Source: Psilocybe cubensis
Taxonomy: Eukaryota
Length of the DNA stretch: 64,000 nt
Direction of reading: 5' to 3'
NCBI GenBank assembly: GCA_017499595.2
Contig: CM039010.1
Coordinates: 248,001 to 312,000 of the forward strand
Positions 12,574 through 24,719 of the stretch are shown piece by piece. Below the pieces are notes generated by a model that was given only the letters and a program-made list of their open reading frames with translations, did no database searches and had not been told where the DNA came from. The position numbers were made by a program, and so were the translations under genes. Positions within the stretch are counted from its first letter, which is position 1. Each line of letters begins with the position of its first letter.

Positions 12574-14991
12574 GGGCAGTATCAAGGGCGGTAGGCAGAA
12601 TCAGTGTAACACGAGCGCTAACTTGCACACATTGCATCGGTCATACAAGGCCAAACGGCTGGCACCGGGGGTTATTTGTGTGGGAAAAGAAAGCTTAAGG
12701 GTGTCCGATAAGATTCGAATCAGTAACTAGTCGACCTTTACGTCCCCTACTGGCGATCTAACCTCAACCATTCCAAATTGCAAAAGAATGTGCACTATTC
12801 GCATCAGGAAAACAGTCGAGGAATAGAACAAATAGAATTAGCGAAAATATTTGATTATATTAAATATATTGATTTTATTTGATTATTTGGCGAAATAGGG
12901 CTAAGCCCTCTGATCGGATTGCAAATCGACTTTTAGAAATATTCGCCATGCCCCAAAATATATCTGCTTGTAGAAATCAGACCTCAAATATTTCTAACAT
13001 GCACTTATAGAAGGATTAGAATTTAGATATAGAAATTGCTTGTATTGAATAGAATTTTACTCTTTTAATGTTTCACACACATAGTAGTAATAGAAAAGGT
13101 ATAAATTGGCTAATAAGTACTCGAAAACATTGTAAACTAGTGGTATTGGAGTCAAGATTATCGCAAGTAAAGGTGGGGCACTCCGCTCGACATATTCCTT
13201 CTCTTCATCCAGAAAGGAGCTGAGAGCAATGTGATTAGAAATGAAGGAAGTTTGTTAGGAGAATATGAAAACGTACCAATGGGGTCAGCAATCCAAAGCA
13301 CAACCAACGCCGTTCTAGCTATGGTAAGCGTACACTGAGATGCACACCAGCTCACTTACCTATTTATTTGCAGCGCATCTTGACCGAAACCCGAAACCTA
13401 CACACGACTCCCCGGCCCTTGTTGGTGAGTCAGGACGTAAACATAACATATCACTCACTTTTCCATTTGCAGTGCACCTCAACAAACGCCACACGTGACT
13501 CCTGTCTCTCTCCTAGACGACGCCAACGTGAGTATGGAGCTCAATATTGCGCCTAGTCATCACACAAAACTACTGATGACACACCTTGGCAAACCTCCAT
13601 TGGATGTGCTCGAGCCCAGCCTGTATATGCTGGCAGTTTGTTCCCGTAGCGCAGTCTACAATGGACTGGTCATCATTCCTACAAAGTTCAACATATCTTC
13701 CAAGATGAGTATGGTAGTCATGGTTGCACAACGCATAGACCGCGAACAAGTGACGACGGACCTTAACAAACTCCCTCGCACGAGTCACCACCACCCCGGC
13801 CATTTTCGCCGGCAGTTGTTTTGCAGAACGCGATAGCGAGTGGTGAGCGCAATTGACGACATGCCCGGGCTAATGAAGAGCAAAGAAGGTGAGGAATAGA
13901 ACGGTAAGTGCAACAAGCACCACTGACGCACCATGCCCGCACAACCTCCAGTACCGCATATTGTAGGCAATTCAGATGATGCGTTGCACGACAAGGCTAG
14001 AATGCGATGCCGGCAAAATGCATGGAGAAGAGTTCCTTGTCGTAATGAGCCACCCGCTACAAGCTTTGATCTCGATTGAAGCACATGACGCAAGGCGACG
14101 GAGGAGATATTAGAGGGACACAGGCTGGAGGGCACACTGGCAGACCCAGGAAGCTGAAGTGACGAGTTCCGGACGCTTGGGATGGAAAAGGACGGTTGAA
14201 CGAGAGCAGGAAAGGGAAAAAGGTGAGTGCAAGCCGCTGGCAGAATATGATGCTATACGCATTGCATTTCCATGCCCCAGGTGTGTCGTCCAAACCGACT
14301 CTTGTCTTGTCATGTCGTGGACATGGTTTCTTGCTATAAACCATCTTTCCTCATTACCACTGAGAACAGCGGTGAGGGAAAGCCACTCTAATGAGAAGAA
14401 TGTACGAGGACAGTGGAGAGGATAGTAGGAGAGACGCGGTTGGATGCATAGCCTGGTAAGTGGGGACTTGTGTTGAGAGAACGTGAAAACATGCTTGTAA
14501 GTCGGAGTTTGAACATGTGAAAATTAATTCGGATCACTTGTCGTTTGAATAAAATTTCGGCCGCACGAAGTCCGCGCGGAGATGGATCCGATAAGTGCTT
14601 CTGCGACGCTGTTCTTTCGCGTTGTGGGGGTCAATTCGCTGTAATCATAGTTAGACATTGTCTTGCGTTCAAGTTGGCGCCGAGTAGTTCGCGTTTTTTA
14701 CTTCATTTTGTGTTGTGACCGCATTGTCGGCATTATTTGGTTCTTAAAAGTATGGAAACTTATACCACCTTTATGGTGTGGCGGTTATGTCTGACAGTCC
14801 TGATGACATTTTTTGTAAGGTCGTGTGTTCGATCCTGCAGGAGCGTCGTTTTTCTGGACTTGATAGAAATATAACTGACCTTTGGAAAACATAGAAAAAA
14901 AAATCGTCGAATAAAATATAATAGAAAAATTTCGTGTATTTGGTAAGAATAGGAAAAAAATCTTAGGTAGAAAATGGCCCATTATATACCC
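12574..14991. mobile_element. Putative degenerate non-autonomous DNA transposon relic
   Basis: Imperfect terminal inverted repeat: TA|GGGCAGTATCAAGGGC on the left versus GCCCATTATATACCC|TA on the right, with TA on both flanks. The interior has no coherent ORF, and tRNA-like boxes lie near both ends. Confidence 0.3.
14767..14853 (+). pseudogene. Degenerate tRNA-like / Pol III promoter sequence
   Basis: A-box-like TGGTGTGGCGG (14774-14784), B-box GTTCGATCC (14827-14835) and a T5 run (14849-14853). The acceptor stem pairs only partly, the T-stem does not pair, and there is an internal T6 run, so it is not a functional tRNA. Confidence 0.4.
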
Positions 14992-16299
14992 TATTACTTA
15001 TATATATTATATGTATTCTACTCGTCGCCTGTTTTCCTGATGCGGTTGTGGAAGCAGGAGAACATTTACACTGTTACACAGACAGTAGGTGCTCTGGGGC
15101 AGTTCCCAATTGTTCCGTTACTAATGATTTACTCTAGAATTATATAAAACTTGGTTTTTCTCTCATATACGTACAGACTTGCATTGCATGCCTTGGATGT
15201 CCCCTATATTTATTTTAAGCCCTCAGTCTAAGTCTAACTGGCGTTGCCACCGCCCCATCTGAGACTATCTTGTTCTTATTTTTGGTTGTACATTAAGCGC
15301 ATACAACAGAATACTAACATTAACGGTTGGCAGTCAATGACTGTCATATGCAGATAATTAGAGATCACTCAGTTTGACAGAAAACGTACTATGGGATCCG
15401 GGGAGAATATCAAGAGAATATAAGAATAACTTGCTTTTCATAAATTCATTTCCTCTCAACTCCGTGTAGCTAGAAATGCAGCGCATGGTGTTTTATGCCA
15501 CGATAACGTCTTCCGGCGGATTGTTGAACACTGGGCCGCAGGAGAGTGGGGCTTGCTGTTACACTTGAAACCCTCTGTACCTTGAACATCATAAGTTACG
15601 TATTTAAAACGTATTTGGGACATAACCCCGAAAATTCAATAAATTCTTATACGGCCCGAATGTGCATAGTAAGCGACGTAGCTGCCTTCTACGCCTACCA
15701 TCACGCTGTCTTGTTTTATCTCCCGCGAACACCGAACGAATAGTGGACGCTAGTTTGCGGACAGGCCTCTCCGCTAGGTTCTGGAGCATTCATACTATTC
15801 CTTCATGCCGTCGCGGCGCAGGGGTGACGGGGTCGGTCATCAAGAATGAACAACGCCATGGTGGTACGGCATCACAATCGGGTCGTCATGTGTCTACGAC
15901 TGTGAAAGAGTATTGTAATCGATCCGCCCATACCGCACCCTGTTCCGCATTTTCTAACACCATTGTGAACGAATTTAGGTACGTTACGTTACAGAGATTC
16001 AGTAGATGGCTTCACCTACTCATCTGCTGATCTGCTTGCAGCTCAATTCTAGGGCCAACTGTCAGTTTAGTGTCTGCAACTGGGAATGCTTTGTGGAACT
16101 ATGACGCTGCCCAGCGCACGTTCATAGTACGATCTTAATTGGAATCTACGGGGGTAATCCAAGATATTGTTCTCCTGAAATAGGATCGGATATTTCCAGG
16201 TATGACCCTCATGGTACGGGGCAATGGCGGGGTGTTCCCATGGTTCATTTACGATTTGTAGATTCTGAATCGAATTATTCCTTCTTGACTGCAACCACC

Positions 16300-17950
16300 A
16301 TGGCTAAATCGACTGCCAACAGGAAAACTATTGTCTCCAATGCTGCTCGCGACCTCGTCAGAGCACTGGAAAAGCGCGGCTTCACATGTATACTTGTCCA
16401 AGATATGGCGGCCTTTCTTCAAGGAAGTAAAGTTGTCCCTAAAGTAAGTGTACCTCCTGTCCCTGGTTCTTCTTGATATTCAAAATCAAATTGCTTTCGT
16501 GCAGGACGTTAAACTAGTGGTTCTACCCCAGTCTGTGGGGATCCCCGTCAACAACCAGCTGGGACGAGACCTTGTCGAGCAGCAACCCTCCAAGTTTCGG
16601 GTCCGTCAGCGAAAGAACAAATCCGACGTTTTGTCATATTATGACTCTTCGATCGCACCTCCTAAAAAAACATTCTGTGATTTCGAGCTCATCTCCGTTA
16701 AATATCCCCCACCGCCAGAGTATCGCCCGGAGCTTACTAGCCGAGTCGATGGCCTACCGGTTCTTTCTTTGCTTGCCATAGTCGTCGACAAAGTCAACGA
16801 ACTGTTGGAGCAGTACGACGCATCGTCCAACAAGAGCGACTTCATTCAACGACCACCGAGGAAACTTTGCCAGACGATCCGAACATTATTGCCGACATCG
16901 GGCCATTCGATCTGCACTCCTACCGACAAGTCATTCCGACTAGAAGCTCTGGATTGTTTTATACGAGCTTCTGCCCTATTCCCGGAGTTTTCGTCCGGGC
17001 TAACAACATTGATCCGGGCTTGCCAAAACATGAAGACCATTCGGCTGTCACGCCCCGACGGCTTTCCTGTTCTCGACGTTGCCCATTTCTTTCGGGGTAT
17101 TGACCTAGCCTTTGAGAGCCGTCGAGAACTCGCCTTGCCGGTTAGCAGCATGGAAGTGGCCTCCCCTGTCTCCACGGCAAGCTCATTAGAGCCATCAGAG
17201 AAAGCATTTTCGCTTCCAGATTCTGATGCCACCGCTGTAGATGAAATCAAGACCGAAGCTCAATATAGAACCGAGGTCACCTGCCTAGTGGCGAAGAAGG
17301 TGGTCGATATCCTCCAAAATATTGGAGTTGAGACAGCTTTGTTCGGCAGTTTGGCGTGTCATTTGTACGGCAATGAAAGGGCTCCGAACGACATCGACAT
17401 CATTACGTTCCCGCCGCCTGGACGATTGATGACCGCAGAATGGCTGAAGCAGGCGATCTACAACGGTGACCCCGAGAATTTTATCTTAGAGTATGGGAAG
17501 AACCCCAACATCGCATATCGCGTCCTCTATTATCGTGTCTCCGATGACTTGGCTCCTTCAAACACCTTTCATAAAGATAAATGCAAGGTCGACGTCCTCC
17601 TTCCAGGCACCATGAACCTTCCATTCCTACCTTCCTACAACATTAAATGGAGGCAAGGCCTTCCCGTGGTTCCTTTCTCACTCCTCCTTCTCCAGAAGCT
17701 TCAGGGCTGGGATGACCATCGACGAATGCCTGAGCCTTATAAATTTGAAAAGCACAAAGTTGATGCCTCGGACGTTCAGAGCTTGCTCCAGCTTGAGCAC
17801 GCTGTTCCTCTTCGGTTCTCGAAACCTTGGACTAATCGTAACTTGTTCAACGAGGATTTCTACGATCTTTCGTTGAAAAGAATCAAAGAATTCTCAGCCA
17901 TATACCCTGCTTGCGCTGATGGGTGGGCCCGCCTTGGCTTCACCGTCTAG
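16300..17950 (+). CDS. Pol-beta-superfamily nucleotidyltransferase-like protein with a duplicated domain (degenerate N-terminal copy, intact C-terminal copy)
   Basis: Exon 1 is 16300-16443, the intron is 16444-16504 (GTAAGT...CAG), and exon 2 runs to 17950. The C-terminal domain has ALFGSLACHLYG...PNDIDII, then KVDVLL, GLPVVPFSLLLLQKL and KHKVDASDV. The N-terminal domain aligns to it but lacks the catalytic residues. Confidence 0.8.
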
Positions 17951-18344
17951 AACATTCGTATTCGCATTTACAAATGCAAATATTTAATATCTATTCTTGT
18001 ACAGTGTAAAAATACTTCTGACTGGGTTTTTTGGGCATATCGATATTAGCATGTATGTAATTGTATCTTTCTGACTCGACATGTGTACATTTTACCTTCT
18101 GATCAACCTTGTAACATAATATATAGTACCATTATCCCAACGACAACATTTATTCAAGTCATTTTCTGACTGTCCTGTATGCTCAGTACGGGGAAGGCTG
18201 AAGCTGATGGATAGATCAACAAGATCAGGGGAATGTCTTGTCCGAACACCGCTAACATCTCTGACCTGAATTCGATCACTCGGGATTTTTGAGCCCCAGA
18301 GATAAGTACGAGAGAGTTACGTCGCCCTCGAAGAAAACAGTTCC

Positions 18345-18372
18345 GAGAAGCTTTTTATGAAAAAAGCTTCTC
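18345..18372. repeat. Perfect 12-bp inverted repeat (hairpin)
   Basis: GAGAAGCTTTTT-ATGA-AAAAAGCTTCTC. Confidence 0.8.
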
Positions 18373-21300
18373 ATGACCTGGCTTATTTCTAAATTCTTCC
18401 ATCACTTGGTTAACAGTCGTTTATGGAAACAAAATGTGTTGCATAGGGGTATATTTTCACACCAATTGTGCAGGATGACATGCCATGCTGAACATGATAT
18501 GATGGTGAGAGACAACTGCCAAACTCATCTCCTCCTCATGACCCTGAGGGAAGACGCGTCTGAAATACATACAATCGATGTTCCTTGCTCGAGGTACCAG
18601 AAGTTTTGCAAATCGATGGTGCCGGGGTTACATTTCCTCCGATGGGCCCTGCGAACGTATTTAGACAACCTGAATTCAAGCTGAAAAGATGGTGAATCAT
18701 TGTTTTCGTCTTTCAAAGTTCCGGGAGCAAATGAGGACAAAGACCTCGAAAGGAGCCGCGAAATATGGCGTTTGTCTGCCTTGACCGTAGCGAGGAATTC
18801 AGAGCGGGCGCAAGTATAGCTTGCATCGTGCTCGGCCCCGCTCCGCAAACAATTGGCTTCTGGGGCTCTGGAGTTACTATCTTGAGTGTATGCCCTTCAC
18901 CCTATGTATCTATTCTTTCGATACTTATAGATTCATGTTTATGAAGGATCGATCCCTCTGGGTATGGTGGAACTGCAAGTCTATTTACTTCACCCTCAAC
19001 CCATTATTGAACATATTGTTACAGTTGCACTCCACCCTTGTCTAACGCCTAAAGCCGTCGATGAATAGCCATAACGATAGCTTCTGAAAAATTTTTGACA
19101 CGTTTAGGCACCTGACGTCTGGTAGTACGTACGACTCGGTGTTCTTGTATGACCGGCATAACAGCTCAATTCCTCATTACTCGATGCCAGTGATGATGAG
19201 AAACCCAAGTATCGTTATCACCTTGAGCAGAATACTGGAGATTGGGAGAGGTGTGCCATGGCATAAACTCACAACTTGCCGATGTACAAATGTAGCTACG
19301 TTAAAGGGGTCTTAAATCGATTAATACTGTCCAGAATTACTCGCGAATCGTTTGCATGCCATCAGTGGAGTGATTCCAGTCCGGTGGGGTACAGAAAAAA
19401 TGCCCAATGGGATGAGCGTGAGTGGCAGAGAGATGTGCGCGGGCATGTTTGATGACTCAGAGGGTTTGAACAATGTAAGTAGGCATGATGGGGCGTGGGA
19501 ACAATGAACTTCACCAAATTTTATTTTCCTTTTAGGACTCTTCGCACCGTAATCGAAATAGTTTAATACATTTCTGTTCAAAAGGATTGAAAAGCTTTGT
19601 ATTTAATAAGAGTCATAGGGACTCCCATTTAGTTCTGGATTATAAGTATCGTGTGCGCCACATAGATGTGCAGTAAAGTGCAGGGGCATGGCTTCTGTTA
19701 CAATTGGAACGTTCGGGGAAAGTGAATGAAAATGGAATGGGCCTGAAGGTAAATTCACTCAGCATAACTGTCGCGCTGGTCCCCAGGCCTCAAGCCATTG
19801 GTAACCCTCGTCAAACTTTGTTACTTCTACTTATGCATGAATTACCAGAAATTTTGTCGAATTCCTGATATCTTCATCATCATGTCATATCATTCTCCTT
19901 GACAGGTAATGAACGTCTTTGAGCGCAAAAGCTTTTCAATTTTTTCAATTTCCATAATGCTAAATATTTTCTCGAGCTAACCAAAATTGTTTCCACATTG
20001 TGGCTCTCTCTTATCTCAAGGATATTTTGCTTTTTTTGTTCGCCTCCCATATCTCGACTCTCCGATCCGCCTCACCTCACCGAAGCCTTTTTCTGACTTT
20101 CTCGATCTCGCCCTATTCTCCCTTTTTATTACCTATGTTTGGTCCAGCTATATCGAGCCTCTTGTTTAGGCCCTCCGCGTGGTTTCGACCCAAACTCTCA
20201 GGACTTTGGAGGCCATACATCCAGATAGGTCCCTCCGGATCAGTCACCAAATCAGACCCCAGGAAGCTACGCTTGGGCCTTCTCCGGAATTATATGATTC
20301 TACTGATGAATATTCCTCCGAATATGGAAAATTTTCTTCCGTGCGGGGGCGTCAACACATCAGAATAATTTTTTTTTGCTAGCAATACCCCAATAATCGC
20401 CAATTATGGCGTTAAATCCCCCAGATCGCGGAGTCAAATTCGCCAGAAAATAAAAATAAAATGCCAAATCGTTGGCCTCATATCTGCGAGAATCCGGACA
20501 TGACCTTAGCACGGAAGCTAGACTCGTTTTACCTAGTACATCACTCTTTGTTTGCCTTTTGTTGTGACAATATTTGGATCGCAAACATCAACTCTGAGTA
20601 TCTTCTCCCTGCGACATTAGCTTATTGTATACCATCACGCTAAAGCTATACTACGGTTAACCTACCCCAATCGAATCTCCGTGTTGAAGTAATTTTTTTC
20701 ACAAGTTTTATGCAAGTCAGTCGTATTCATTCAACTCAAGACACTAATACCATATCTAATAATTCCAGAAAACTTGTACAGCAGATTAGCAGAGACCATG
20801 CGAGCGCTTTACTCGGGGGCATCTTCCTCACTTCTATCGGTCGTCTAAAACCTGCAGAGGAAGAGGTTCCACCTAGCCTTCGACCTCTCCATTACCCAGG
20901 GGCCAGACCTTATTACCTGCCTATCTAATCTAAAAATCACAAGGCACGATGTGAGAACATAATGTTATGTAAAGATGTTAATGAATGCTGACTAAACTTT
21001 AAAGCGATGGTCCTTGCACGTAGTCTTGGCACCGGCTCTCCAATCCGTGGTGCTGACGATAGCCTGGTCGAGCACAAGTCTCCTTCATGGCATACATGAA
21101 GAAGAACTCCGCGACGTGAGATTGGAAGGTGACGAGAAACAAATTGGAGGTAGTTGACTCGTAGGCTAAATGGCAGCTGGCGTGACTCTGCAGTGTAGAA
21201 TTTCCAACGTAAGCAATTTTATCAGCCTCTTTCCGTGGTTTTATTGATGAGATTGTCAACGCATTTATTGAATGGGTCTAGCTCGTAAAAAAACTCGCCA

Positions 21301-21865
21301 GATATTCCGTGCCTGCCAAATTCTTTAAGCACGACGTTCGTCCGATATTTGTCCAAAAATATGGCACACTGGAATAGTTCAATGGTCGTACAGGGAACTT
21401 GAAAAGTAAGAGGTAATTCAAAAAAGATAAAGTCAAAGGTAAGTTATTGTTGTTGAGGCGATCTCTCTAATATGACATGATAGGCAAGGTATCAATTCAG
21501 TAGGGATGCCAGGGGATGGCGGTTAATTCATCCTGATCCTAGCATGGAGATATTATTTGTCACCAGTGATGACATACGCGGTCTATCAACATACCTAGTA
21601 AGGAGCACACCGGACCACCGCAAGCTTAGCGGGAAAGGCCTGGTGGACAGGAGGAAGGTGGCATTTGTACTAAGGGTCTACGCTTAACCACCTCCGGAAG
21701 CGTTCGATGCGGACATCGTCCTGACATGTAAGGTTGCCCCTGTGCTCACAAAGCCTTTTGATATATTTATAAAGGATGTATGTGTCTTCCCCTTCCTTGT
21801 AGTGTGATACCATATACGCGTGCAGTCCTTTCGCGTTGTCGTCTGCGTTTTGTCGAGCTATCCTC

Positions 21866-23926
21866 ATGCCAGCATCTTCCATCTCTTCACGTTCTTCACT
21901 CTCTCGGCAGGAAATACGAAAGTTCGATAGCTCAGCTCGTAATGAACAGCCGATCTTTCGACCGTTTTTCGACAGTTCAAAAGAAGCAAAGTTAGCCCGC
22001 GCCATCTATTTAAAAATATTTTGTGGTGCTTCGTTGGCGATCATTGTGCTTATCTTCGCTGTATTTTCGATATATTGGGGGTCATTGTGGAAGACGCCTG
22101 TACGGGACTTGAAGGGCTGGGTCGTGGTGAGTCGGCTTCATAGTGCTTCCAACACAAATGCTCAATACTTCGGCTCTTTTCTCTTTGTTCGGGATACAGG
22201 ACTTTGACGGAGGTTTGATAGGGAAAAGTGTAGTTGATACGTTAAGCCTGTCCTCTAGCGCCTCGAAAGTGTCATGGAGCGTGATACCCGCTTCCGAATT
22301 TCCAGCAGGGCCTTCCGCAGTTGGAGCGTTAGTTCTAGAGGAACACACATGGGTTGCGATTACCAGTTGCGTATCCAATGAGTTCTACTTCTAGCACTGA
22401 GCTTACATCTCCAACAGTCAATCAGGGGTCTAGCTCGCGACTTTCTCAGTCATTAATCACGCCTAACGCTACGTACGATGGCTCAGAAGCTGTGTCAGTG
22501 TTCGCGGTGGAAGCTAGAAACGAGAATGCGTTGTAAGTTTCTCGTCCTTGTTTTAAACTCATCCACCTTTACGCATTATTCCAACAGCCGCAATCTTATC
22601 AAGCCTTCTGTAAGTTTGGAGTGATGGTTGACTTCATTTCTTCCAAGCTGACTTTGGTGCAAAAGGTCGAGGGAGCTCTGGACGCAATTTTCAAAACTAT
22701 AGCCACACAGTCCGCCCAGCAAATTGCCAATTCAACGAATCTCTCAGAACTCCTTACAATCTCCCCTCAAACACTTGTCACACCTGTATCATATCGAATG
22801 ACGAACCTTGCGCCATTTGATGTTCCACTGTACGTTACTTGTTTGAATCAAGGTATAAATAGTTCAATTTCTCACCGCCCATGGCTCTACAGCGCGACCG
22901 CAGTGACATTTGTCGGATTGATATATCAATTGATTCTGTCTTTCTTCATTGTGGTTAGTATATCGTTTCAGGCCTTTTTGAACAAAACTAACAATGTCCT
23001 AGATGATCACCAATGCAGCGCGCGAGGGATCAGGCCTTGACAAGACTCTTCCAACCCGTTCCTTGATCATTCTCCGACTGTTTTCATCATTCGCCGGCTA
23101 TCTTTTTATTTCTGTAAGCATTGACTAGTGAACCTTTGCGATTTGAGCGGAATGAGACTGAATGTCATTTGTGAAGCTATTCTATTGCCTTCTCAGCGTG
23201 GCCTTCCAACTCCCACTGTCTCGAAAGTGAGCATCGGGATTCGGATTTGCAGCGTTGTTCTTGGTTTCTAATGGGGCTTCATTTAACCGCAGATTTGGCC
23301 ATAGTGGATTTTTGGTATTTTGGATGCTTAATTATTGCAGCATGCTTTCCGTGTACGTTGTTCTCTACATGGGCGAATAATGTTGACTCATTATCAACCT
23401 TATAGCGGGCTCGCTCTCGAGTCATTGATGACCTTGTTGACCGTGAAGGGCATCCCATTTTTCATGATTACATGGATCATATGTGAGTGAAGTCATCCAC
23501 CTTGGTACCGCGGTTAAATTGACCACAACATCAGCCAATGTCGCTGTCTGCATTTTCCCCATCGAAGTCATGCCTATCATATTTCGCTATGGTTATGCAG
23601 CACCATTTTATAATGTATCACGGGCAATGCGAACTATTGTATTTGGAACCAAAAATATCGGTAGGTGCCTCGTTCAGTTCCAGTAAAGCGGCGATAGGTA
23701 TCCTGACATTATCACCTCGGATTAATCAGTGGGTGAATCCTTTGGCATTCTGATTGTCTGGATAGCCATCTCGTGTATGACCCTGCCACTCATCCAGATA
23801 TTCGTAAGGAGGAAGAGCGATGCGAGACCGTCTGGTTCTTCACATGCTCCACAGTGTGGTGTCGACGTGGAATCTCCAAATGCAGAGTCACTTCAAGTGG
23901 AAAAACCAGACAGTGAACGGTTTTAA
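21866..23926 (+). CDS. SNG1-like (DUF3533) multi-pass membrane protein, copy A
   Basis: IFAVFSIYWGSLW, GWVVDFDGGLIG, YDGSEAVSVFAVEARNENA, NLAPFDVP, FVGLIYQLILSFF, GLALESL, FPIEVMPIIFRYGYAAPFYNVSRAMRTIVFGTKN. Many short introns. Confidence 0.85.
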
Positions 23927-24719
23927 TTGGAATTGCTACGGACGGCGCACAGACTATCGATAGACTGTATACTTATATTGATAATACTAATATACCATTT
24001 GTAGCACCATTCATAGTATTGCTAATCAATTTCTGACCTTGCGACATCTCTGTTGACCGCCATTCCAAATTTTGGCCACACAGGTGTGAGCGCCAAGCAC
24101 AATGTCTAGCGGATCAACTGTCGGGTATTCCTCCGTTTTGCTATCTTATCAGAGACTGTCTGGAACCCATCAGTACTCGTGTGGTATTGAAAGAGGTCGT
24201 GTCTTGTAAAATAATTGGACAATGGACTTCGGAGGTTCATGATTGCCTATAAGTGAGTCCTAATTCCAAGAATTTAGCATGCTCTAACACTCCAAAACGG
24301 CGATCCTGATTTGCTCTTGTCGGTGTCTTACTGGTCGTCGTGAAGATAGTCGATAATGTTTCCCATCTCGACGGTGAGCGATTTACGAAAGAAGGGTAGA
24401 GAGAATAAAATTGACAAGAACGGATGCATTTATCCGTAAAGCAGACGGATGAATACTATCCGCTATTCCGTCAAGTCCTCTCCTCAGATCCTACCGCTCC
24501 CATAGGATGTAGAGAAACATCAGTCAAACATTGGCTCGACGTTACAACTGAAAGCCCGGGAAAATTTGAGACTCGAAACCACAAAGACTATGTATTTTGC
24601 TACGGTAGATTAAGTGTATATCAGTAAGCGTATTTTCCACACCGTCAAACATCTTTAATGAGACACACGATGCTCCGCTATCCAGGGTGTAGATGACATG
24701 ATATCTCCTTGGAAGGCGG

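Noticed and set aside
14767-14853. Functional tRNA gene
   Set aside because: The T-stem and anticodon arm do not pair and there is an internal T6 terminator. Kept only as a degenerate element.
19988-20357. Solo LTR (TGTT...AACA ends)
   Set aside because: There is no matching 4-5 bp target-site duplication and no second copy, PBS or PPT in the window.
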